DNA of 63,869 nucleotides, filler included, from Octopus bimaculoides (Eukaryota), in NCBI RefSeq assembly GCF_001194135.2. It is 5 parts of 5 records of this genome, joined end to end, with 100 filler letters (N's around TTAATTAATTAA, not from the genome) between each part and the next. Parts side by side here need not be neighbours in the genome. Positions count along the whole stretch, not along the records: positions 1 to 10,285 come from NC_069001.1; positions 10,386 to 31,140 come from NC_068981.1; 3 more parts are not named here. One strand, given 5' to 3'. A program made the translations under genes and the position numbers. Below are positions 1 to 11,530 of the stretch, piece after piece (position 1 is the stretch's first letter; every line of letters begins with the position of its first letter). The notes below the pieces were generated by a model. That model was given only the letters and a program-made list of their open reading frames with translations, was not told the DNA's origin and did not search any database.

Positions 1-36
<36 letters not shown>

Positions 37-58
37 TATATAGACATACATACAATCA
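1..58. repeat. (CA)n / (TACA)n microsatellite
   Basis: Direct reading of the sequence. Confidence 0.95.
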
Positions 59-733
59 TACATACATACATAACGTCCGGGGAAATTCTAAAATCAGTGA
101 GTCTGAAAAACTGGTTACATTGGCAACATTTACTGTAGAGAATATTGTGGAGAATGTGAGGAAAATGCCAAAAAAGAAATATGAATATAATATCAAATCT
201 TTGGTTAAGTAGTCGGAGCAGACACAAGACGACATTAAGCATCATGTTATATTATTACTTAATATATAACACAATCACAGAATTTCTTGGAGCGAATTAG
301 GAATTATCGATTGAATCTCTTACGAATATTAGGTGCCATTCTCAAAGAATATTCAGTGTTTTTTTGTCAGAAAAATAAAGTTATATAAGATATTATCGAC
401 TCAGGTACGAACCTACGGTTAAGAAGCCCTCTCTGCAGCCGTATTATTTCGGGTTTAGGTCTCATCATGTCACGTGGTACCTCTTGATATACAGTCCCAA
501 GGTTGTCAGTGTTTTGTGTGTGAGTTTAGTTGACGACATGTGTATTCGAGGCTGGCGTATACATACAAACGCAGACACTCACGCAAGTATATATGTATAT
601 CATAGATAAATTAAAACATAGGGTCAAAAATCAGATATTAATTAATATCGATTTATTACCAGGAAGCTAGCACATTTAAAGAATCAGAGAGATTCAGAAA
701 ATATATCTGAAATCTTAGGGGATTAAAGTATAT

Positions 734-810
734 TTTTATATATAACGTTGACCACTAAAGTGGTCTAGCACATTAAATGTCCACTTTAGTGGTCAACGTT
801 ATATATAAAA
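734..810. repeat. Perfect 30-bp inverted repeat with 17-nt spacer (foldback end of an interspersed repeat)
   Basis: 734-763 TTTTATATATAACGTTGACCACTAAAGTGG is the exact reverse complement of 781-810. The spacer plus right arm resembles 21621-21651 (TCTAGCA...ATGTCCACTTAGTGGTCA). Confidence 0.9.
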
Positions 811-847
811 GTATATCATAGATAGAAAGATAGATATACGACGTGCT

Positions 848-975
848 TCATTCACTTTCCACCTAACAAATCCCCTCAAGAGCTTTTTGTTGACCCGAGG
901 TCATAAGAGGAGACACTTGCCCAAGGTGCCACGCAGCAGGACTGAAATCGATTGAGAAGCAAATGTATGCGCCTA
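848..975 (-). mobile_element. Degraded 5' half of SINE family A
   Basis: GAGACACTTGCCCAAGGTGCCACGCAG core shared with the full copies at 17942 and 36115. Confidence 0.75.
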
Positions 976-1609
976 TACGGACCGAACTATGTTATATATT
1001 CAACTGGCAAAGCGCCCGCTGCAGTATTCCGCCGCTCTACCACTCCGCCATTTTAACTAAATATCCTTAAATTACTTTTGTTATTTGAATAATCTAAATC
1101 ACATATTTCTCTTGAATAAAACAATGTAATTTACTCTAAGTTCCTCACACACAATGATGTCACATAAGAAGACAGATCAGTTTATCTATTATGGTAATCT
1201 ATAATGATAATCAAAAAAGACTCGAAAACTAATCAGTTACCCACAGATTGTTCCTCATCAATCGTGACTACAATTACTTTACCACATAGTGAGATTATCA
1301 AAAGCACTACCTGCAGATTCTAATGTAGATAATGTAATTATTTATCGTATAACTTGATGGTGATAGTTAATTAAATTCATTGATAAAATGTCTTTCCCCT
1401 ACCGATAACAGAATAATAATAATAATAAGAAGAAGAAGAAGAAGATCAACAATGATGACAATAATAATAATAATAAAGATTTCCTAAGTCCATCTCCACT
1501 CTGAACGTAAATAAATTCATTTTTACTGTGAATAGACGTGGCATCGCCATAATGGCGGACAAATAGGTTTATATACATATATAAGTACATAGGTATGTGT
1601 GTGTGTGTT

Positions 1610-1906
1610 TGTCTCTCTCTCTCTCTCTCTCGATTTTTCGATTTTCATGCAAAATATATGGATATAAAGGGACATGATTTTTTGTTTTTATAATTAATAA
1701 AAATTTTGCGTTGTTATCAATTGGCATTCATTTAGCTGAGAGTTTTCCAGGAGTGATTACATTATAAAATACAATGGCTGCCTACATAACGCATATGGAC
1801 CTATGGCTAGATATGGATATATGGTATTTATAAACTATATTATAGATAGATAGAGAGAGAGAGACAGACAGAGAGAAATAACTTTTATATATATATATAT
1901 ATATGC

Positions 1907-1941
<35 letters not shown>

Positions 1942-2133
1942 CATACACACGTGTGTGAGAATTGTAAAGGACATATGTGCTTATATATATACACATGTAC
2001 ATACATATATACAAACAATGACATTTTCGATATATATATATATATACATATAAATATATATTAAATATTATTATGTCTATACATATATAAGCGCATATAC
2101 AATGTATAAATGATAGATAGATAGATAGATAGA

Positions 2134-2186
<53 letters not shown>

Positions 2187-2200
2187 TATATGCATTGAGT
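1610..2200. repeat. Mosaic (TA)n/(GATA)n/(GA)n/(GT)n microsatellite block
   Basis: Direct reading. The overlapping YIYI/THTH ORFs are repeat read-through. Confidence 0.9.
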
Positions 2201-3258
2201 CAAGATCAGACTGGGGCATGCCTATAACAAAACAATCGAGGCAGACGTTTCAATAACCAGATATGAAAAGATACATTCACACGTATATAATGTATTATCT
2301 ACATTATTAAATCAGTAGAGAAATGAAGGACGTAACAATTAACTGCGATGTTATTCAACCGTGGATCACATCACACATTACTGACGCTTATCATTACCAT
2401 TCATATACTAACGATTTCAATAAACACAGATCTTCTGTCTACATGTCTACCAACGCCAACAATGATTTACGAATATATATATATATATAAATATCCGTGT
2501 ATTATGTAAAACATAAGCATTTTCGGAAAAGCGGCAACATTAGATGATCCTTTGTTTATATGTTGTTTTTTTTTTTTTTATATGCAGACAGAATGTGTTT
2601 GCCGATGATGTTTTTTTTTTTTTTCTTTTGTAGTGTTCTTTAGTAGTAGTTTTCTCTGTAGTGTTTGCCCTTCTGCTGAAGTGAAAGCAATATCCGCTGG
2701 TTACCTTGTGCTACACCCGTCTTCGAATTTGCTTCCGTTTCTTTTTTTTTGTGGTCTGTCTCCTTTTCTCTTTCCCTTTTTTCCCCCCATGTATTGATGC
2801 TTGTATTGAGCAATTGTTGTCTGGAAAACATCAGCTTTCTTTACGCTTAATTTTAGGTTTGGAAATCATTAGAAATATTACGCATAACACGTACATGCAC
2901 ACAGTGTATCCGTGTCGCGTACGTACATGCGTAGGCACATGCATACATACACTCATACATACATAGATTTATATATATATATATATATATATATATNNNN
3001 NNNNNNNNNNNNNNNNNNNNNNNNNNNNNNNNNNNNNNNNNNNNNNNNNNNNNNNNNNNNNNNNNNNNNNNNNNNNNNNNNNNNNNNNNNNNNNNNNNNN
3101 NNNNNNNNNNNNNNNNNNNNNNNNNNNNNNNNNNNNNNNNNNNNNNNNNNNNNNNNNNNNNNNNNNNNNNNNNNNNNNNNNNNNNNNNNNNNNNNNNNNN
3201 NNNNNNNNNNNNNNNNNNNNNNNNNNNNNNNNNNNNNNNNNNNNNNNNNNNNNNNNNN

Positions 3259-3298
<40 letters not shown>

Positions 3299-4164
3299 TA
3301 CCTGACGTACCTACTATTTCCCTGGAAAGCGGGGCTTATCTCTTGGTTCCGTTCTCGTAACTGTTTCGCTAATCCAATAACAACAATACAGAATATGTAA
3401 CCCTTAAAACGGTTTTTGTGCATTTACAGAGAATACCGAACTGTTTAACACATGATGTTGCGCGTGTGTGTGTGTGTGTGTGTGTGTGTATGACTGTATG
3501 CGTGCGCTAGCGAGTGTGTGCTTTTGCGTGCGTATCCGTGTCTATGTTCGTTTCCCACCAACGCCTAACAACCAATGGTAGTGTATTTATATGCCTGTAA
3601 CTTAACGGTTCGGCAAAAGAAATAATAGGAATAGCTATTAAACGGTGCCTTGATATAAGATTCTTTTCACAAAGGAGTTATATGCATGATATACCTATCG
3701 CTATCTCAAAGTGCAAACATCTTAAATATTTTTTATTAGTTATTTATCTATTTTATAACATCCCTTTCGTATAATTGATATACGTTGATTATCAATCGTT
3801 ACTTTCCAATACAGGCATCGTTTATTTATTTTGATTTGGTATTTGTTTTGTAAGATACTTAATGGGAACTTGTGTGTGAAAATAGATTTTGAAACAGATA
3901 ATGAGCCTCCTGAGATATAAATCAACCATTTACTTAAACAAAGGTTAATGTCTTATTTAACCATTCCATAACTTTTATGTTACAAACGTGATGTGCATAA
4001 GACATCTAACGCTGGATTCTAGTGCAAACATCGTTTACTTAAACGACGCTTCATCATTCGTTTCTCTTCGTTGGACATAAAATCGTTTTATGACAGATGG
4101 AAGCGTCATGTCATGAGACCAACTAGTCTAGACTAACATAATATTGATTACAAATTTTGACACG

Positions 4165-4535
4165 AGACCAGCAATGGTGGATTACATCGACCCCAGAACT
4201 CAACTGGTACTTATTTTATTGACCTCGAAACGATGAAAGGCGAACGAAATGCCACTATACATTTTTTTCCGGTACGCTAACGATCCTGCCAACTCGCAGC
4301 TTATAGAGGAACATGTTAGTGACTTCAAATTAAGGTACAAAGCGAGTAATTTCGAGGAAGGAGTTAAACGATGACATTGACGCTTCGGCTCAACTGGTAA
4401 ATATTTTATCGACCTTGAAACGATAACGGGCAAAGTCGGCCTCGATGAAATTTGAACTCAAAACGTATAAGCGGACGAAACGCTACTGAGTATTCTGCCT
4501 AGAATGCTAACAATTCTGCCAGATCGCTGCCTTCT
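4165..4535 (-). mobile_element. Two partial copies of tRNA-headed SINE family C
   Basis: ATCGACCCCAG..CAACTGGTACTTATTTTAT.GACC..GAAA.GATGAAAGGC and GAAATTTGAACTCA motifs are the reverse complement of the copy at 4604. Confidence 0.8.
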
Positions 4536-4603
4536 AGGTTAACATAATATTGGTTTTAAATGTTTGCACAAGGCCAGCAACAGCAATATCATTTTCCTCC
4601 CAA

Positions 4604-4806
4604 GGCGGCGAGCTGGCAGAAACGTTAGCACGCCGGACGAAATGCTTAGGGTATTCCGTCTGTCTTTACATTCTGAGTTCAAATTCCGCCGAGGTCGACT
4701 TTGCCTTTCATCCTTTCGGGGGGTCGATAAATTAAGTACCAGTTGCGTACAGGGGGTCGATCTAATCAATCGGCCCTCTCCCCAAAATTTCGAGCCTTGT
4801 GCCTAG
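4604..4806 (+). mobile_element. Full-length SINE family C (tRNA-like head)
   Basis: Head GGCGGCGAGCTGGCAGAAACGTTAGC (A-box-like) and GAGTTCAAATTCC (B box); body GTCGATAAATTAAGTACCAGTTG; end GCCTTGTGCC. At least 8 related copies in the window. Confidence 0.85.
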
Positions 4807-5430
4807 AGTAGAAAAGAATGTTACTTTATATTTTAAACATCCATCTTAGAACCAAAACGACAAAGCTTTAACTGCGTTTCTCACTCTTAGATAATAACCT
4901 GCAACACAAAAGTTTAGATCCCGAATTTTGTCCTAAAAATTCCTACAGATCGAATATTTCCATATGCTTTAAGCTTCTCGCAAAAAAAATGACCATTTTA
5001 TTTATATTCTTTATTGTTTTGCTACATATGTAGTATTTCTCTGAATTGCAGAATTTGATTAAATATTACGTTCTGCGTCTCTTTTGATTAAATATTTTTT
5101 CCTATCCTCTTATTAATCTGCACTATGAGATGATTTATAGAGGAATTTGTGTCAGATCTCCATCATTCTCAAAAATCTTTATACATTTATTTAATTTTTG
5201 GCTATACTCTCCATTCAACAATTAAGCCCGGAGTAGCTAAAGCCTGTAATATTTTATCATTATATTCAGCTATTGGATCAATAGCTTAAGTTATGTAAAT
5301 TTAGTAGAAATCATGGGTTGGATACCTCCATAGAAAGCTCTTTCGCTTAGAGATTCTTACAATACTGATCATTCTATACATGCTACAAGAAAATCGACTA
5401 CTACTTCGGATTTTCTCCTATTATACTTTG

Positions 5431-5803
5431 TTGTTGGCACTCCGTCGCTTACGACGTCGAGGGTTCCAGTTGATTCGATCAACGGAACAGCCTGCTCGTG
5501 AATTAACGTGCAAGTGGCTGATCACTCCACAGACACGTGTACCCTTAACGTAGTTCTCGGGGATATTCAGCGTGACACAGTGTGACAAGGCTGACCCTTT
5601 GAATTACAGGCACAACAGAAACAGGAAGTAAGAGTGAGAGAAAGTTGTCGGGGAAGAGTATAGCAGGGTTCGCCACCATCGCCTTCCTGAGCCTCGTGGT
5701 GCTGTAGCGCAATAAGCAATCACAACGCCCGGTCTGGGAATCGAAATCACGATCCTATGACCGCAAGTCCGCTGCCCTAACCACTGGGCCATTGTTCCTC
5801 CAC
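5431..5803 (-). mobile_element. Full-length tRNA-derived SINE family B
   Basis: On the minus strand, A box TGGCCCAGTGG and B-box-like GATTTCGATTCCC; 3' end CGTCGTAAGCGACGGAGTGCCAACAA. Shared with 35372-35680 and 50580-50848. Confidence 0.85.
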
Positions 5804-6322
5804 TATTATACGATACACACATGCAAACACACACATACTGACATAAGCACACGCACAGAAACACTCACACACCCACACACAGATGGACATGTACAGCTAT
5901 GCGTATGGAACAATTTATATTTAAGATTTGATGGTTGTATTTGTATACGTAATTATTAGCCAGTGTAGACGTAATTGCCATATTACGCTAATACTTCACT
6001 CGTGTCTCTTGTCTCTTAATAACCAGACAGCATTTATGAGTTTAATGCTGAGGACACTACTGGGTTCGGTTGTGCTGTCCGAGTGTCAAAACTATAATAA
6101 TATCCATGATCATATTATTATATGCTGATGAAAGTGTATGCTTTATAAGCTTGCTGTCTGAATGTTTCATATTTTTTGTCCTTGTTAGTCTAAGTTCTCG
6201 TTTGCTATAGATTTCTGTGTTTCTTCGTTTATGGTGGTTATATCGAAAATATATATTGTATATATACCATACCATGCATCGATATTGCGTGATTGTTCTT
6301 CATAAGATTCTAATCATGGGGG

Positions 6323-6476
6323 AGGTTTTATGTGGTAAGAAGTCTGCTTTCCAATCACAATCTACGGGGCTCAGTCCAACAGCGTTGCATTTTGAGCAAG
6401 TGTGTTCTGCTCTAGCCTCGGGTCGACCAAAACATTATGAAGGGATTTGATAGACGGAAACTGAAAGAAGACCATC

Positions 6477-6480
<4 letters not shown>
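6323..6480 (+). mobile_element. Diverged 5' half of SINE family A, ending in (TA)n and a gap
   Basis: TAGCCTCGGGTCGACCAAA...GACGGAAACTGAAAGAAG motif. Confidence 0.75.
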
Positions 6481-6507
<27 letters not shown>

Positions 6508-8499
6508 TATNNNNNNNNNNNNNNNNNNNNNNNNNNNNNNNNNNNNNNNNNNNNNNNNNNNNNNNNNNNNNNNNNNNNNNNNNNNNNNNNNNNNNNNNNN
6601 NNNNNNNNNNNNNNNNNNNNNNNNNNNNNNNNNNNNNNNNNNNNNNNNNNNNNNNNNNNNNNNNNNNNNNNNNNNNNNNNNNNNNNNNNNNNNNNNNNNN
6701 NNNNNNNNNNNNNNNNNNNNNNNNNNNNNNNNNNNNNNNNNNNNNNNNNNNNNNNNNNNNNNNNNNNNNNNNNNNNNNNNNNNNNNNNNNNNNNNNNNNN
6801 NNNNNNNNNNNNNNNNNNNNNNNNNNNNNNNNNNNNNNNNNNNNNNNNNNNNNNNNNNNNNNNNNNNNNNNNNNNNNNNNNNNNNNNNNNNNNNNNNNNN
6901 NNNNNNNNNNNNNNNNNNNNNNNNNNNNNNNNNNNNNNNNNNNNNNNNNNNNNNNNNNNNNNNNNNNNNNNNNNNNNNNNNNNNNNNNNNNNNNNNNNNN
7001 NNNNNNNNNNNNNNNNNNNNNNNNNNNNNNNNNNNNNNNNNNNNNNNNNNNNNNNNNNNNNNNNNNNNNNNNNNNNNNNNNNNNNNNNNNNNNNNNNNNN
7101 NNNNNNNNNNNNNNNNNNNNNNNNNNNNNNNNNNNNNNNNNNNNNNNNNNNNNNNNNNNNNNNNNNNNNNNNNNNNNNNNNNNNNNNNNNNNNNNNNNNN
7201 NNNNNNNNNNNNNNNNNNNNNNNNNNNNNNNNNNNNNNNNNNNNNNNNNNNNNNNNNNNNNNNNNNNNNNNNNNNNNNNNNNNNNNNNNNNNNNNNNNNN
7301 NNNNNNNNNNNNNNNNNNNNNNNNNNNNNNNNNNNNNNNNNNNNNNNNNNNNNNNNNNNNNNNNNNNNNNNNNNNNNNNNNNNNNNNNNNNNNNNNNNNN
7401 NNNNNNNNNNNNNTATATATATATATATATATGTAGGTATGTACATATATGTATGTATATATGCGGATGTATATATTGTTTATATTATTATTATTATTAC
7501 TATTATATATATATATACATACGTGCATACATAGACATATTCAGACACATACGTATATATATGTTAGCGTGTTACACAATCTTCACACATACACTGACTA
7601 ATAATTAGCTTGCATTACTGGCCAATTGCAATTCTAACTGAATCTACCATCTAAATCCACTTTATCTCTCAGACTAATAAATTATACAACACGCCAACCG
7701 ATGTTCTGCGCATTTGTAATGGAGTTTGTATGTATCTTCATAAACCTCGCTGGAAGATGTTCAACATTTCCTTCTGTTTCAAAATATAATAATTAATCGG
7801 TCTGATAAATGTACGCAGATGTATGTCAGACTTGCAGACATACACACATATACGTTTGCATATTTTTTCAGATACATATGCACACGAACGTACACATACA
7901 TAAACCGAGACATGCATCTTCTTCACTAGCTTGCTAGCTAGCTTTATACCTATATCTATCTAACTCTATCTATCTATCTATCTATCTATGTTTCTTTCTA
8001 CGTTTCTGCCAGCTCACCACCATGCAGCGGGCAAATATTGTGGAAGCACTTCATATCATTGCTATTATGACAAACTATAGTATGTCCAAATTTGGCCAAA
8101 ATCGTTTTTGTCAATATGTATTTTCGCTTACAAAGGTTGGTTCTTTTGGTCAAACTATTGTATCTGCAGCTGCTTCAGACAAAAATTTTCAAAGTGTAGT
8201 ACAACGGTTTAGCATTTTTCAAAATTGTAGTAAGCCCCACATACGACAGTTTTGTAAAAATATTTCTGATTGAAAAACATATACATGCATGGACCTACGA
8301 TTTTATGCACCCAACAAAGTATGATTCTTGCTAATGAAAAAAGAAATGGAACGGTGAAACTACTTTTTCGTTTTCTGAAAAAGCAACGTTTTGGACTTAC
8401 GATACTTTTGCATAATTGCTACCATATGAACATATTTGTGTGTGTGTGTGTGTGTGTGTGTGCTTGCGTGCGCGTGCGTGAGTGCGCGTGTGTCCGATT

Positions 8500-8733
8500 C
8501 TTTTATTCTTTTACTTGTTTCAGGCATTTGAGTGCAACCATGCTGGAGCACTATCTTTAGCGGTTTTTGTCGAAAGAATCGACTCCAGTACTTATTCACT
8601 GTAAGCCTGCAACTTATTCTATCACTCATTATTGCCGAACCTCTAAGTTACGGGGATGTAAACACACCAACATCAGTTGTCAAGCGATGTTGAGGAGGAC
8701 AAACAGAGATACAAACTCACAAATATACTTACA

Positions 8734-8773
<40 letters not shown>

Positions 8774-8924
8774 CGACGGACTTCTTTCACTTTCTGTCTA
8801 CCAAATCCATTCACGAGGCTTTGGCTTGAGGCTATGGTTGAAGACACTTGCCCAAGGTGCCACGCAGTGGGACTAAACATGTGATTGGGAAGCAAGCTTC
8901 TTACCAGATAGCCACGTCTGCGCC
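8500..8924 (-). mobile_element. Full-length SINE family A with internal (TA)n
   Basis: Reverse complement of the family-A consensus seen at 17942-18390. Confidence 0.85.
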
Positions 8925-8934
8925 TTTATGTTTG

Positions 8935-8991
<57 letters not shown>

Positions 8992-9457
8992 CGAACATTA
9001 TAAGTAATCAACGCCGTTGAATTCTGCTTCGATTTTTAACGGCGGAAAATGATGTATATCTTCATTACATTTCAATTCTATATTCGATTCATTTACCGGA
9101 AGAATTTGGTTAACAAACCAACCATAGTCCCTCAGCGTCAGTTTCTTAGACATAAAAGCGGGAGATCATATTTGTCTACGATGCTTAAATATCAGTTTGC
9201 AGTCCCAGATTACTGGACGTTCATGGATTTTGGGTTTTGCATAAGTTTTGTCATTTTACCTTTCAAAATAAATTGGTTTTTAAATGTCTTAATCTAGGTA
9301 TACCGAAATAAATTCCAGCTGTTAATTAAATATATGTTTTTGTGCATGTATATATAATATATATATATATATGTAATATATGTGTGTGTGCGTGTGTGTA
9401 TGCGTGCAAGCGCCTGTGTGTTAGTGTGTTTAATCTTTTTATAAATATACATATTTA

Positions 9458-9488
<31 letters not shown>

Positions 9489-9726
9489 CAGACATATACA
9501 TATATATAAACATATACATACGTGTACATAGATACTTATATTTACTTATATATATATATATATATATATATATANNNNNNNNNNATATATGATGCATTGG
9601 CATCATTGTCATCATCAGCAGCAGCAGAATCATCACCTTCCACACCCCTCCATCATCATCATCATCCAAATACAGAATTAACATTTCCGCTGTCTTGCTC
9701 ATTCACAAGTAATATGACAACATAAT

Positions 9727-9759
<33 letters not shown>

Positions 9760-10209
9760 ATAGCGATGGCGGTGGGGCTGGTGGTGAAAGAAGTAACAGA
9801 AGCAGTTGCAACTGCATAAGAAGAAGAAGAATGCAATAAGGAAATTCCAAAGACAGAAGAAAGATGCCGACAAACACAAAATGAATGAGGAATAATAAAG
9901 AAGGAAGATTGATTGAATGAAAGAAAAAGGAATGAAACAAACAAATGAAATATAAAAAAAAGTGATGGCGTGTCTATTGAGTAATTTATTGAAGAAGAAT
10001 CCATCACTATATTTGGTAATTAGAGGAGGGAAATCGCTGCTGAAGCCAATGCCATCTATAGATGTGGAAAGGAAGGGCACCCATGTGGAAAATTCAGCGT
10101 AATACACACATAAATACATACGTACGTAGTACGTACATACATGCATACATACATGAGTATGTACGTACATACACATATACAGGTACATATATTGTATACA
10201 CACACTCAC

Positions 10210-10285
<76 letters not shown>

Positions 10286-10329
10286 NNNNNNNNNNNNNNN
10301 NNNNNNNNNNNNNNNNNNNNNNNNNNNNN

Positions 10330-10341
10330 TTAATTAATTAA
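10330..10341. other. Artificial scaffold-join linker TTAATTAATTAA in a 100-bp N spacer
   Basis: N44-TTAATTAATTAA-N44. The 12-mer gives stop codons in all six frames, and the identical construct recurs at 31185, 43689 and 56075. Confidence 0.95.
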
Positions 10342-10727
10342 NNNNNNNNNNNNNNNNNNNNNNNNNNNNNNNNNNNNNNNNNNNNTATATATATATATAT
10401 ATATGTTTGTCATTTATACATATATATATATGTACATGTATGTATGTAGGTGTGTATGTATGTGTGTATGTATATGTATATATATGTATATATATATATA
10501 AATATATGTATACACATACACACACACACACACATATATATATATATGTCTAGTTATCTATATATGCATACACATGTATATATACACACACGTAAATACA
10601 TAGACATATGTATATACATACGTATACATATACAAATAATATCTATATATCCACATATCTACGTTCATACACACAATACGCACACATGCACATATACGGT
10701 ATTCGCATACACACACATACACACGCG

Positions 10728-10762
<35 letters not shown>

Positions 10763-10829
10763 CACACACATTTGTAGATATATGTATATGATTGTGTGTA
10801 CAGAATGAATGCAACTTAAATTTTATCAT

Positions 10830-11225
10830 GTATTGTTCTAGGCCTTGTCTAAGTCAAAAACTCTCTTGGCGTACTCTTGTAACTTGTATGTTTGGGCTTA
10901 TTCTTCATGTGTATAGCATTTTTGTTTGCCGAAACGGATCTGCATGGTCGTGATTCGCTGTGGTAATTCTCCAAGAACTGTTTAAAGTTTATAGGATCGT
11001 CTTTTTTTCTGATTACATTCGGAATGGTGTTTAATAGTGCATGGTTATTAGTGTTATTACATTTGTGTCCCATTCTGGTTAACGGAAATAGTCTCAGTTT
11101 TTGTAGGCGACACATAGCACAATCTTCCATAACTTACTGATTTTTACACATCCTATCAGTATTGTTAGAACCACATAAGTACATGTTTTCCACTCAGAGC
11201 ACAGCGAGCAATAGTATTCAAGTTG
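10830..11225 (-). pseudogene. Degraded C-terminal RT region of a CR1/L2-group LINE
   Basis: Minus-strand frames give QLEYYCSLCS, RLQKLRLFPL and ALLNTIPNVIRKKDDPINFKQFLENY..SANKN. These match the generic LEYC..WSP / RL..L.L.SL / LFN.LP..IR...FK..LD.FL pattern of CR1/L2-type ORF2 ends. Frameshifted. Confidence 0.55.
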
Positions 11226-11364
11226 AATTTAAGTGAATGTACAGAAAGGATAACAATAAGATCCCTAGTCCGTAAGGATCACTGGAAAGGATAACGTCAT
11301 TAGGACCCCTAGTCCCTAAAGATCGCCGGGACCCAGGAATACATCTGTAGACTATAATATTTGA

Positions 11365-11530
11365 AGTCGGTGCATTTCGTTCGCTTTTCCGTTCGAATTC
11401 CTCCGTTGTAGACTTTGCTTTTCGTTATTCCGGGCTGGATAAAATGAATACCAGTTCATTACAGGAGTCAATGTAATCGACTTACGCCCCACTCCAAACT
11501 TGCTGGCCTTGTGCCACAATTTAAAACCAA
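11365..11530 (+). mobile_element. Diverged SINE family C copy
   Basis: GATAAAATGAATACCAGTT...GTAATCGACTTAC...TTGCTGGCCTTGTGCCACAATTTAAAA. Confidence 0.75.

Noticed and set aside
6040-6160. Two hammerhead-like starts (CTGAGGA at ~6048, CTGATGA at ~6125)
   Set aside because: No properly placed GAAA, helix I or NUH; too degenerate to call.
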